DNA from: Spizellomyces punctatus DAOM BR117
Taxonomy: Eukaryota
Strand: one strand, 5' to 3'
Assembly: GCA_000182565.2 (NCBI GenBank)
Contig: KQ257453.1
DNA length: 64,000 bases
Below are positions 27,402 through 43,276 of this stretch, piece after piece. Positions within the stretch are counted from its first letter, which is position 1, and each line of letters begins with the position of its first letter. The notes under the pieces were generated by a model. That model saw only the letters and a list, made by a program, of their open reading frames with translations. It did not search any database and was not told the DNA's origin. The position numbers were made by a program, and so were the translations under genes.

Positions 27402-30400
27402 CTACACTTCTGGGCTAGACCGAGAAGCATGAACCGAAACAGCCAGTGCAGATAAGGATGCGTTGATGTTGGATACTGGAACGAAAGTTATGAAGTCTCC
27501 TTGGCCGCTAGCAGTTTCCCATTTTACCGCTACTCAGTGAAGACATGCTCTCAGAACCCAGAGCCTCTGAAGGACCTTGACAACTCTTCCTTACCTTTTT
27601 CGATCCAGGCCAACGGAATATTGCAATGGTAGAATACTCTTATCGAAATCACTTCCTTCACACCCAGCGTTCTCTCACTCACGCCGTCCAGAATCTCGCT
27701 CAAAGATGCTAGCAACGTGCGCCAAGCAGTCGTCAGAATCGATTGCGTGAGTGGAGTTGATAAATCTATAAATATGCAGCAAAACGGTACATATATAAGC
27801 GGAGGGTCTGTGGACTTAAATATTCAAGCATGTACCTCTCTGTCCACAAGTACCAACGACACAACCCAGGTTGCCGCGGTGCCAACTCTGTACTTCCCAA
27901 CATATATCTGCATCTACCGAGGATTGAGCTAGCCCAGTTGTCCACGGTGAATGAGCGAGAGGTTCCAACATTCGTAAAAAAAAATCAACGACTGGTATAC
28001 CTTGCAGATATCTTTCGAGGACCTCTATCACTGGCTCTTCATGGTACTCATCCACCAACGACCGTCGCGCAGATCTGTTTCCAAATAGTACTTGCCATTC
28101 GACTTTCGCATTACGTGGGAGACCAGGAACCGTGACGAATACCGCAGGAACCTAAATGAATTGATCTCTCAGCACTAAGAATGACAGGCCTCCTTCTCAC
28201 AAAACAACACACCTGCGGTCCTACGCGCTCTTCCCAAATCTTCCTCGCTACCAGACCGAATCTCGCGTCCGTGACATAGCAGACACATGCAGCAGCATCT
28301 CTCGCCACGTCGGCACTCAATGCAACTACGATCCTCTCCAGACTACGCAGAGATGTAGTTATCTCCTCCATTAGACCAGCCATAATTCGTCTGGTGGGGT
28401 CCACCGATGTCGCGGATGGCAGCTGCATCGTATTCGGGATCAAACCAATTTGACCGGCTACATATATATGATCGGAGACCTATAGGAACGCACACAAAAT
28501 GTCAATTTGGGCCACTGTTGGTAGTCTGCAAAGGAACAAACCATCGCTGCCTGGCTGTAAGGTCTGGGAAACCAGGAGTCAGTTTCGCTTCCGCAAGATC
28601 ATTTTGCTCACACTACTCCTTCTCCCAATACTTACCCAATATTCGCGGGGCTTGTTCGTCGCGGTAAGTACAGATGTTCGATTAATGACAATCCAGCGAT
28701 GGTCGGCAACGACATGACCTACGCCCAATATGATACACTTTGTACGTGCAGGGTCTCCTTGCGATGGGCTGGGTCAGCATACTGATAGGCAAGACAGTCA
28801 ATTTGCACCTGGGAATCCCCCGGTAATGCAACTTCCACTGTCACCCTAAGAAACATTCAATGATAAAAAACCACGAAATACCACGCAACAGCGTCCCAGC
28901 CTACCTTGGAGGCGGATTGAGCCCGAAGTACCTGTTATACGCCGCATTCAGTCGTCCAAAGGCCGACATGTCGCGCACATACACATGCATCATTACGACA
29001 TTATCCCAAGTCAGGCCGCATGACACTAGCTGACCTATGGGAGATACGGTGGAAAAACGTTGGATCAGATGCGGCTGACGAGAGAATCTAGCCTGATTAT
29101 CCACCTTGTAAATAATCCAAAATTATGGTCGTTTCTTCCTCCAATGTTCCCTGAGCTTTGTTTGGAGTGACATTTTGCACTTGTATACCCGGTATGGTGA
29201 AATATGGCGGCCTCCAACGGTTCTCTGGTCGGCAGCCTGATCAAAAAAGTCATTCAACAGTTCGGATGAATCTGGGTTGAAATGGGCATGAGACTTACGT
29301 AGTGGAGTTGCTGACTGTTCTTTGTCAACGAGGAGATCAGATGACATTTCTTGCACCATCAAACTTGCCTGTACTCCAAAATATGACTATGAAATAGATA
29401 CGACCTTGAGGGATAGACAGTGTGTAAGCTCATACCACTTCTTTCGACGGACAATCAGTATTGGTCGTTCTCCCGTTGCTTAATAGCATTGCCCGTTGTT
29501 CTTCGGTTAGTCCTATGTCCTCAGGTGCCTTATCTTCCACATGTGCCTTTTTGATTCGTAGATATGCGACAACCGCCACTGCGTCGTCAGAATGGATCAC
29601 AGTTTCAACTTCGTCGCTACCAAAGCAAATTAGTGAGTAGGAGCGCAGTTTGTAGATGATCACAACAACCCTACAGGATAATTCTTTTAACAAATAGCGG
29701 GCAATCGCGCGTGAAAGATTCGAATTCCCCTCCCTCTCCGCAGATATGAGCATCAAACCGTTCGTGCTGACAAAAATTATTTAAAGTGTCATTCTGTGGT
29801 TAAATGACGAGTTCATTGACCGCCCGTAGAAAGATACCATCTGCAACAAGTGTGGATACATTTCGTTCAAGGTCTTCCCCAAGTGGTTCCGCTTCAACCC
29901 TTTGAAGGATCAAGGTGATGGGTTTGAGGATTGCAGAAGATGCATTGAACATCACTTAGCTCACCCATGGCGGCTACTTTGATCAGGACAGCATCTAATC
30001 CGGACTCGATCATCTCTTCCAGGAGCTGTTTCTGATCTCTACGCCATAGGTAGGCGAAAGATGTCAATCCGAGGCGCGAACATCTGGAGAGACGACACTC
30101 ACGTCAAACTCTGAGCAGCAAGCATTTGAAGATGACACTGTGGATGGTATCTTTACTACTTATTAAATATCTATTAATACACTTACACATTCTCTACCCT
30201 GACACGTTGATAGTTTGACAAGATCGCTCCAGAGGCAACCCCCTCCACATCTGGAATGGCCGCCTAGCATAGGAAAGAATAGGTCGCATACACGCAAAAT
30301 TCAGAATCAATGCGCAAGATAAACCACCGCGAATCGCCCTGCTTTCAATTCTCCACTCCAATTCCGATGGACTTGGGCTCACGTATTGACCAGTATCAGA

Positions 30401-30902
30401 TGCCGTGCATCCTTGGTCTCCCCGCGCTTGACGACTTGATTTTAACCATTATCTTATCCTACCTTGACCGCAGAGAGCAGCTCATACAGATCTTCCACCT
30501 CATCATCCACAGTCGGTCTGTAATCTGCACCCTGCGCTCGAGCTTCTCCCCTAATTTCGCGTCTGAACAGTGGAAGATTCATGCAATCGCGATAAAGCTC
30601 AATAGCATCATGACCGACAGTTTGATACATATAACTGTCCAATTCGTCTGCAAGGCTCCCGTCAGGTACTTGTTTCTCCCAGCTTCAGACCTGCCATCCA
30701 AAATGAGACAAATGACTAGTCACCTTTGCCGGTTGCCGCTGCAGGCTTCAAGTTCGCCAAAGCAACGATCTCGTGCCCATTTGCAACGCAATGCATCATA
30801 TTGAAGCAGCTGTCCTTGCCACCACTGATATAAAGCTGTTATAAAACATCCTCTTTTACTTACACATGGCACCCCGTACCTTATGAGGGCTACAACCTTC
30901 AT
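27402..30902 (-). CDS. DPH6: Diphthine--ammonia ligase with C-terminal RidA/YjgF domains
   Basis: MKVVALIS|GGKDSCFNM, DSYMYQTVGH, DEVEDLYELL, VIHSDDA, YFGLNPPPR; stop at 27402 from hand translation. Confidence 0.92.
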
Positions 30903-31205
30903 CTGTACTAGGAAAGGGGGAGTGAAATCTGCAAGATCTGTTCATGCGCAAGCCCAACGACTAGCCAGATCCACGGCTCGAACCTAAGCCACACGTAAAA
31001 CACGTGCAGGGACTGATTATCGCATCGACCAACCACCTCGCCCCAATTAAGACTCTGTCGGCTATACGGCCTTCTCTTTGGTTAAACTGCCATAATACAT
31101 ACGGATGACTTCAACTATACATATGGAGATCGCTAAGATAGCTATACTTGGAAGACGCAGGCCAACGGTCTACTATAGAATTATAAGCGAATTCAAAAAG
31201 TCCCT

Positions 31206-31973
31206 CTATCGCTGGTTCGTTGCAAAATGCGCGGCGAGTGCATTCAGTTGCTGAGGGGTCAGTGCGATTTGCGGCTGTGTTTGTAATTGTCCTTGTTGCT
31301 GTTGTTGCTGTACATGTTCTGTTCCACTGGGTGGTGCGTGGTGATGTTGTTGTTGTTGAAAAATCTGTTGTTGCTGGTGGTAGGCGATCGCATATGCCAT
31401 CTGCTGGATCGCCGCCTGATTCGCCGCTGCTGTCGCCTGATCATCCATATGTCCGGCTGCCCCTGTCTCGCCATGAACCGCACTGTCCGCTTTGCTGGGC
31501 GGGAGGGATGCTGCCCGGTCCAATTTGATTGACTGAAAGTATATGAGAATTGACTTTCCGTTACTGACGGGGAGGATACACCTACCTCTCGATATCGGTG
31601 TAAATACACTTTCATCGTTTCGCAATAGTTGTCAAATCCAAGCGACTGCATTGCCCAGAGAATGTCTTCTCCGTTGATTGTCTTTCGCTTTTCGCTGATG
31701 CATCGATCAGTTGCTGATTGTCTATCGTGTTATTTTCCACGGCATTTTCCACAGTGAACAAGTGTGTACTTTTAGACCCGCACCTTCTGACGTGATGAAC
31801 GAAATAAACTCGCTCACACACTCCATAATGCAGTCCTTTGCTTCTTTGGCTATTTTGCTGTTGTCGGGAAGCGCACGTTTCATTAGTCTAGCTACATTCG
31901 CGACGGGCAAGAAGCGATCTTGCTCGCGAGAATCCTCTGGGTCTGACATGGCGCCGTTCCCGCTGTCGGGCAT
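31206..31973 (-). CDS. HAP3: CCAAT-binding factor subunit NF-YB with Q-rich tail
   Basis: [21 protein letters not shown]...[34 protein letters not shown]; poly-Q/H C-terminus; alternative ATG at 31949. Confidence 0.93.
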
Positions 31974-32239
31974 ACTGGAAAGACTAGGACGTCTCTCCAA
32001 TAGTGTTGCGCTAGCAATCCCCGAGGCGTACCACGAGAGCTTGCAACTGTCTTTTCGAAAACAGTAGAATCGGCTTTGGCGTTTCAGAAGCTAATGCAAT
32101 CTGACAAAGGCTGACCCGAGCCTGTCAAACCACCAAGCGATCGTGTCAGCAGTGCTAAGCCCACGTGTCGGATGACAACAGTGTCGGTGTTTCTATTTGG
32201 CTGTTTGGATGAACTTCCTTCCTCTGAAAGGCCGTACCA

Positions 32240-33262
32240 ATGTCACTTAACGGAGCGCAGCTGGATGCGGAAAACAAGCCTATACTTGTGTCCGGAGAGA
32301 AGATCTTTTTGAACCAAGGTGAGTGTTGCATATTCTTAATTGCCGTAGTTCCTTTTAATGACTGTGCTCGCAAAAGATGGCGTCCGGCTCGAGTATGAGA
32401 GTGGAAAGTAAGCCTTTTCGCCTTCTCACCCTCAGTGGGCGGAGTAGACCTTACTTGCTCACTATGGGATTTGCAGTGGATATCCTGGCCAGGGGAACAA
32501 CTTTTATTCTCAAAAGGGAACCCTGTTTTTAAGTGGGTATTGGGCATTGTGAAGTGGTCTCGATTCCTAAGCTCACATGGCCGGCATTTGTTTAGCAAAT
32601 AGAAGAGTTATCTATGTTGCGCGCCCCCATATGGATTTCTTTCGCAACCTGAACGTCCCATTACCGAACTTGCGGTAGGCACTTATGTGACTCCCCCTTC
32701 AATGGCGTTAGGTACACAATATGAAATAACATGCCAAACTGCCTTAAGGAATGGGAAATTGATACAGCCTTGGTTTGATGCGAATCGCTACGAGGCAACG
32801 GTTGAACCGGTAGGTCGTCATACGTGAGAAAGATCAGCGGACGTCCTTTCATATGTGGTGCGAAACATTTTTAGGTGCCCAACGGGGGCTTGAACTTGGT
32901 GGGACAGGTTAAGTTTACGTTTAAAGAGGGCGGCGGATTTGAATTTTCAAGCATGTCGATGCAACTACGTTCAAGACTTACTGGTACAGTACCCATTAGT
33001 TATTTCTGCGAGCTGTCGCGCCTCTAATCTCATCCTTTATCGCATAACCTCAGGTGAGACCCTGCCTCACGAAGAAGCCTTACCCCTATACACACAGGAA
33101 GATACTTCGTCATCAAGTGGAGCGGGCGCAGCATCTTCATCATCCTCTGCTCCTGCACCAGTCGCCCTTCCAATCCCACTCCCCCCTTCGTTTTCCGAGC
33201 CAGGCGCGGCACCACCAGCAAATGCAAATACCCCGCTGGAAGCCCCTCCGCAATATGAATGA
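32240..33262 (+). CDS. WBP2-like GRAM/PH-like protein with proline-rich tail
   Basis: Seven hand-joined exons: MSLNGAQLDAENKPILVSGEKIFLNQ, GTLFLTNRRVIYV, QPWFDANRY, FKEGGGFEF, tail with LPLY and PPQY. Confidence 0.8.
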
Positions 33263-33639
33263 TATGTTGAATGTGATCTAGTCGGGCTCTTGGAGTGTGA
33301 TTAATAACTTGAAATGCTTATTGTATGTTGTACTATCATTTACTGCCTTTAATAAAAAAAGAAAGGGAGCTGGGCGCTAGAATCGCCTCATTATGGCTGC
33401 ATGATGGTCCGTAGCATTTTCTTATTGCAACAATTAGGGCCGTGGGTATGCAGGTGCGCCGCCGCGTTTGATTCAAACGGTGTAGCGCTCTATTCACCAA
33501 GGGTTCCATTTCGACTCCTCCGACAGCGTAACCTTCGGTACAAACCAATCTACCAGATTGTTTCCATCTGCCCTCGCACCCAACAACGCTTCCGCATTGC
33601 TGTCGCCCAATTTCTCCTGATTTCATCCCAAACCAGCAC

Positions 33640-34332
33640 TCATTCACATACACTAGTCGCCTTAGTGTTCAGGATCAAACTAACAATAAGTCCATACAAT
33701 CCGAGCACTTCCGAGAAAATAAGTATGAGGACCATTCCGACAAACAGCCTAGGTTGGTACAAGTAACCCCTCACACACGCATCACCGACAATTCCAATAG
33801 CGTAGCCACCACTCAAGCCAGCAAATCCCGTGGCAAGTCCAGCGGCAAGGTGTATGAACCCGGCAAAAAGGGAGTAATCTTTGTCGGGGCCTAGATCGTT
33901 GCTGACTAGAACCGAGACCACGAGGCCATACACGGCAATAATACCTATGATTGGAAAACAAGGTAAGCGTGCAATTTGGGATCCAGTAAAGTATAGCGAC
34001 TTGGGCAAAGTGTTCCAAGTTGAAGAAGTATCAATTGGCCGAGTATCGAGAAGGTCCAACCTACCAGCCATAACAACGGGAATCAAGCTCTTCATCATTC
34101 TAGATTGTGGGAACCCCGTCACGAGTTAGCCGCAAACATTCGAAATAACTGACAACAGACTACAGCCAGACGACACTCACAGATCAGGTCGGAAAGTACC
34201 CACTCCCGCAATGCCAATACCGGCCTTGGCCGTCCCGTAGGCTGCTCCGACCGCCGACAAAATCATCGCCGACGCGGCTCCCCCAAAGCCAAAGAAAGGC
34301 GCATATACCGGACACGCTTCCGATGTAGACAT
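33640..34332 (-). CDS. VMA11: V-ATPase V0 proteolipid subunit c'
   Basis: [58 protein letters not shown]. Confidence 0.9.
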
Positions 34333-34475
34333 ACGACGTATAGTGTTGAGCTGTAAGGTAAAATGTTGTGACAGGCCTGGAAGAATGCCTTTGGTGAGGT
34401 TGGGAGGAAGGCGTGGATGTCGGCGTTGAAATCTAGACGAGTGCGTTCGTGGCAGATGCGGGGGGCTGTCAGCAA

Positions 34476-34485
34476 ATCACGTGAC
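34476..34485. promoter_or_regulatory. E-box ATCACGTGAC upstream of VMA11
   Basis: TCACGTGA core about 144 bp before the VMA11 ATG. Confidence 0.45.
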
Positions 34486-34745
34486 TTGGCTCTTTGGAAT
34501 GCTATCGGGCAATGGCTGCAATATGATACAAATCCCATTCCGTTGAAATCAAAAACAAGCCATAAGACAACGGACAATTGTTCACATGTAAAACAAGGGA
34601 ATGAAGATGGTGCATATTATGCTCTACAAAAAGTACTTTTGCTTGCCGCAGGTATATCGCAATACTCGAGAACCTACAGACTGGCCCTCCACTTCGAACA
34701 ATTTTCAAAACTCCCAGATTACTGAGGCCAATATAACGCGAGCCC

Positions 34746-35977
34746 CTAAGCCCAGATCTAAAAGGATAATGTGGACACATCAGTTTGATGAGTCTCAAAG
34801 TCCAGGGCAAGCAATTATTACAAACCTTCAACAAGCTATCCCAACTGCCTGTGCACAATGCCATTCCATCGGAAGACACACCAAGGCAAGAGACACGGTT
34901 CTCATGAGCGGCCAAGACACCAACCCGCTCTCCCTTCAAAGTATCCCACACGTTGCAGTTGAAATCGTCGTAGCCTGCAAAGAGCAGGCGACCAGAGATG
35001 GAGAACGCGACGGATGTAATACCGCAGAGAATATTGTCGTGAGTGTACTGGTTCAACTCGCGATCGGCACGGAGATCGAAGAGACGGCAAGAGGCGTCGT
35101 CGGATCCAGTACCAAAGGCGTCACCGTTGGGGAAAAATCTATGGCACAAGGGGAGTGATGATGTGAGGAAATGTACGATTGAAGTGCAAGGAGCGCGAAT
35201 TACACTTACTGAACAGCGTTAATATCAGACTCATGACCAGTGAAGGTCTGCACACAGCGCCCCGTTCGGATATCCCACACCTTGGCCGTAGCATCACAAG
35301 CTCCAGAGACAAAAATGTTCTTGTCCGGTGAGAGAGAAAGCGACATGACGTCACCCGTGTGATCGGTGAATTCAAGAGTTTTCATGCCCGCGTCAATGTC
35401 CCAAAGCATGCAGGACATATCACCAGAACTCGTAAGAATCTGACGATCGCTAATGAACCTACAGCAGGAAAGATATCCGGTATGCGCGCTGAGCTCGCGT
35501 GCAACCTTGACTGAGCCTTCTTTTGTCTTCAAATTGTAAATGGAGCAAATATTATCCAGACCACCACAGGCGACGTAATTGCTTGAGGGCGCGTAGGCGC
35601 AGGTCATCACCCAGGAAGAACGGAGAGGAATCGCGTGGACTTTGTTTGTGGTGTAGGCATCCCACACAATAAGTTTACCGTCCTGCGATGCACTCACTAA
35701 GTGTCGCTTGTCAGAAGCCCAATGCATGGCATAGATTTTTGCGAGATGGCCCTTCAATGTGCGTCGGACTTTCATTACTATCCGAGGTAGCGGCTCCAGT
35801 TCAGCGGCAACAGCCTTGACTGTAACGATGGTCAGTCTAAGTCGATGACTATTTTCTCATTTTTGCGCACAACTTACGTGTTGTATCCGCAAGAGCATCC
35901 TTCTTTTGCTTGATTCTTTCCTTCAAGGACTCGGCCTCTTTCCGTGCCGCAGCAATTCGTTCAGCAATGTCGCTCAT
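34746..35977 (-). CDS. GPB1: Heterotrimeric G protein beta subunit
   Basis: [55 protein letters not shown]. Confidence 0.97.
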
Positions 35978-37665
35978 GTTGCTATAATATCTAAACAATC
36001 AATTCGGAAAGATTTAAAACCTAGTGCTCAAGACCGTCCGAGCGAAGGAGGAGATTCGGTATGCTAAAAGCGACATACCGTGTTCAAGGAGATTATGGAG
36101 CGTAAGGTGCTCCTCGACGTGAAGAATACCTTTTATTGCGAGCGCAGCAAAAGTTGTAAAAAGTTAGCAGAAAGCCAAAACAATATATGCAAGTCGCTAG
36201 CAATTGCAGCTTTGTGTCTGCTCCGGTATGGCCAGTAATGCAACTAGAGTTGTTCGCAACCAGGGCTCCCAATCGCCGCCCTCCACATCAGGTCCACGAT
36301 GGCGCTCTCTATGGCACGCACGGCCCGTACGCGTTGCGGGAAGCTTACACTTCTGGTCCCGAGTCTGCGGCAACAGCCATCGTCAATATTCCTCACGCAC
36401 GTCAAATGACTAGTACCTTATATTAGTTTGAGAAAAGGAAGGGCGTGAGAGATGCGGGAGGCCGCGAAATCTCCGACGCAGGCAGGGAGGGCGGTGAGGG
36501 TAAGGTGGTTTTCCAAAACAGGTGTTCTAAATAATCGTTTGGAGCGACCTTGTCCTGTCAGAGAGACCAGAGGTGGACTTCTCTGACGACTATTGGCCCG
36601 GAGGGGTTTGAGCGGAGATTTGGATTGGAACGGTCAGGACCCAGTGGCTGAACGATTTTGCGGACAGGGGAGTTGCTAGGTCCTCTGGCTGGCCTGTATT
36701 TCTGTACGGAGGATAGTGGTGGACGTGTCGGGCAGCACGACGGTACAGGAGGGATGGGCAGTAGGGGAATGAAAATAGGTAGGCTGAATCAAATCAAGCA
36801 AGTTGGGTAACCAGCGGAGTCTTCTTTTGCCAAAGGGCGGGCGCTCCAGTCGGGCCCAACATGCGCGTTATTGTATGGGTGGTTTAGCAATGAATTTGTG
36901 TTTGACTAAAGCCGCCTCATTTAACATTTCTGGAAGCTTTTCGTTTGTTTACTTTGGGTTTTATTTTCGTTTTTTTAACGTACTTAGGATTTTATAAAGT
37001 GCTTTTAAAGGTAGAAAGGTTAGATGGAGGAACGAACGTATGGCGTAAGTTGGACAAGATTAAAGGTCCATCATCGTGACTTTTAGCATCGCAAGCGTAG
37101 ATGTAACATCTTCATCCAAGGGACAATTCCCGTAAGAGATGTTCGAGTTCTTTTCCGATCTTCCGTTTCTACTTTTTGCAATCGGAATTCATGCGAGAAA
37201 ATGACATGAGGTTCAATGGCATTGAGTCTGTTGAAAAAAAGCCGCCCAGAAATTGCCATGCAAACCATGCAAGCAGTTTTCCCAATAAATCTCCGTGAAT
37301 AGTTACCCTAAATTCTTGAGACGCCCCAATCTCTATCCAACACTAGACCTTTTTCATTCATCCTTATAAATCATCCCCAAATTTGATCAGTGGAAACCTC
37401 ACGCATAAACGATTTAGAATATCAAATTCGGCGAGTGGGTTCCCGCCAAAACCTTTCAGCAAATCCCAGCAAAGCGGGTGGGAATAGGGAAATCCAAAAA
37501 AGACTGCCGTCATCAGTGTTCATATCCCGACAGGCCGTCATCATAATAGGAGATTTCCGAATTTCTGTCGAAGCTCCTTTTTTTATTGAAGCTGGGCGTC
37601 CTGGTCGCATTACACGTTCTATTGCGGTTATCCTTATCGTTTTCTTGCTGCGTGAGCCTTCCAAC

Positions 37666-39510
<1,845 letters not shown>

Positions 39511-39991
39511 TGTCATTGTGCTAGCCTTTCTCATGTGTTTTTTTGGGGAGACTGTTACCTTCTGAGGGGTTGAATAAATACCGTTCCATTTGTGGTCCTC
39601 AGTCCATTTTCCTCATCCACATCATTCGAGTCTTGGATGCAAAACCATACGCTCATCAGAGTTGCGCATTGACCTAGTATGGTATTCTGTGCACAATATG
39701 ATATTATACGATATGTGTATGCATTCGCCCCATGCGGCGGTGTCAGGCGCATATACAATATTATGTGCAATTGATCAATTCCCGCATTCCCTTCACAAGA
39801 TATGTAGACAGCTCCTAAGATGCATTCGACCTGTAAGCTGCAAGCCATCGGAACACCGTCTTCTTCACATCGCTAAATCCTAGACGCATATATGCATCAC
39901 GCTCTGTAACCCTGGACGCTCTAATACCTCCATCCAGGTACACTGCATTCTGCTTTGTGTCTGGCTGACAACACTAATAACAAGAAGCTTC

Positions 39992-40258
39992 TCAGAGACA
40001 TGCATTGCACCATATCATTCTCCAAAGATTGATTATACCATCAAACTTATGTGCGTTGCCTTCCTCCGTTGAGAGGGCGGTAATTGGCCCAGCACCAGCT
40101 TCAGTGGAACTTCTCCCGGTCCGCGACCTGTCACTGTGTTCTCCCGACGAGGAGGTATTTGTCATATCTTTTCCAACCTCGTCCCTCTTTGGAGTTTCAG
40201 CAGACTGAGAATGGGCTTCGTCCCACACCTGGTCGTCACTACAACAGAGGTTCTCCAT
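39992..40258 (-). CDS. Possible small protein (88 aa), unknown function
   Basis: ATG ORF divergent from SPE3, preceded by an intron-like gtaagc...ttttag (40371-40282); no homology recognised. Confidence 0.25.
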   Translation of the reverse strand: MENLCCSDDQVWDEAHSQSAETPKRDEVGKDMTNTSSSGEHSDRSRTGRSSTEAGAGPITALSTEEGNAHKFDGIINLWRMIWCNACL

Positions 40259-40492
40259 CGTTTGCTTCTAGATGTACTGGCCTAAAAGATTTCTTTTTAC
40301 AAATGTGAAACTACGACGAGCACTGAGCATTGTGTCATCCAGATCATGGCAGAGACCAAGGGTTTGCTTACGCACATCAGCCAAGCCTTAAAAGCCACGT
40401 CCCAATAAGGATAAATCCATTTTTTTGTTTTTTGAGTATTTAAACGGGCCTTTCCGACTTTCAACCATTTCGTCTCATCTTCCAACTGCACC

Positions 40493-41975
<1,483 letters not shown>

Positions 41976-42331
41976 GTTTTGATGGGCTGTAGCGCGAAGT
42001 GGTTGGGATGTCTTTTATTTTCTTGTATATTTTCATTTGCAATAGACATGTCGTTACTTATTCACACCTGTCTGTGTTGGGCATTCGTAACTACCCTTTT
42101 TTCTTTTCGTACATGCAATCTTTGAGACAAGGTGGATCAGGTTTTCTGCAATGAGCAACAAATGTAGTCGTCTTGATTCAAAATCTGCTCTTCTCCGACT
42201 GGTCGTTGTAGTGACAAAGTTATTCTAAGGTTGAACAGTGGCTTGCCAAGATGGTGGTGACGGAGTCGTGTGGCTTGCGCCTGGTTGATCTGAAAATTTG
42301 CCAAGCGTTTCCAGGATGGCATTCCACAGCA

Positions 42332-43027
42332 ATGGACGATGCTGCAATGACATTAAAGCAGCTTTCTCTCCTCGTTCTTGCTACTATCCTTATACTGGCT
42401 GCGAGTACAGCTGCATTTGATCCTACTGTACCCACCATTCCTCTATCCCCAAACACTACGTTTACCTTACTCCCACTCACCTGTACACTTCTCACGTATA
42501 CCCTGCCAGCAAACCATTCTCTCTCCATCTCTCTTTCGGTATCACCACCTATTCTGGCGCTAGGGTACACTATTAATCCCACCGATGTTTGCCGTAGTCC
42601 AGATACGAGTGGAGTGCCAGAGTATGTGCAAGTCTTAAACACGCTGACAACAACACCGACAGGAGGAGTATACAACCTACGGAATATCACAGCAGAAAGA
42701 TGCTGGAGAAAGGATGTAACACTGCGTATATCAGCTGCTACTGGATGGAGTGCAGCATATGGGCGCGAAGGGAGTGAAGTCCCCAAATCTGTGTCGATTG
42801 GAGCTATCGAAGCTGCAGCGACTGGCAATCGGACATGTTTGCAGGTAGATGGTACCAACCCGACTGGGACGACCGATAGTGCGTCGGCAACTTCAACCCC
42901 TTCATGGGGGCTGCTTCCTCCGCCGCCCGGTACAAGGGTCCGTGAGAACGGAGCAGAGTCTAGCATTAGATCAACCCACTACATTGCTATTATACTGATG
43001 CTCTCCTGTTTGGGGTACCTCCGATGA
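42332..43027 (+). CDS. Hypothetical secreted, probably GPI-anchored protein (intronless)
   Basis: Signal MTLKQLSLLVLATILILAASTAA; four Cys in the mature region; T/S/P-rich stalk; hydrophobic end HYIAIILMLSCLGYLR. Confidence 0.7.
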   Translation: MDDAAMTLKQLSLLVLATILILAASTAAFDPTVPTIPLSPNTTFTLLPLTCTLLTYTLPANHSLSISLSVSPPILALGYTINPTDVCRSPDTSGVPEYVQVLNTLTTTPTGGVYNLRNITAERCWRKDVTLRISAATGWSAAYGREGSEVPKSVSIGAIEAAATGNRTCLQVDGTNPTGTTDSASATSTPSWGLLPPPPGTRVRENGAESSIRSTHYIAIILMLSCLGYLR

Positions 43028-43276
43028 TGAGAGATTTGCGTCAAAACCTTCTCATTAAGCTTACTGGTGACTAGAATTACTAGCATGACTAGAAACCTAT
43101 GCCAGAAGCGCTGGGCGTTGTGATAGACTATCTTTTAAAGCTTGTAGAAATATAGAACATGACTGTGCCACTGACCTTGGTCCGCTCGGCATCTTGGAAA
43201 GTCTGGGAAGTTTCAACTGCTCCAAGGCGCGTGTTGGCGAGATCCATCCCCAAAACGTCCCGTCTTTTTTGCCATA

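Noticed and set aside
36000..37660. Short ORFs and G-rich/T-rich tracts between G-beta and CMK1
   Set aside because: Consistent with divergent promoters and 5' UTRs; no coding or RNA-gene signature recognised
42220..42966. 248-aa antisense ORF
   Set aside because: Shadow of the + strand secreted-protein gene; non-ATG start and no motif
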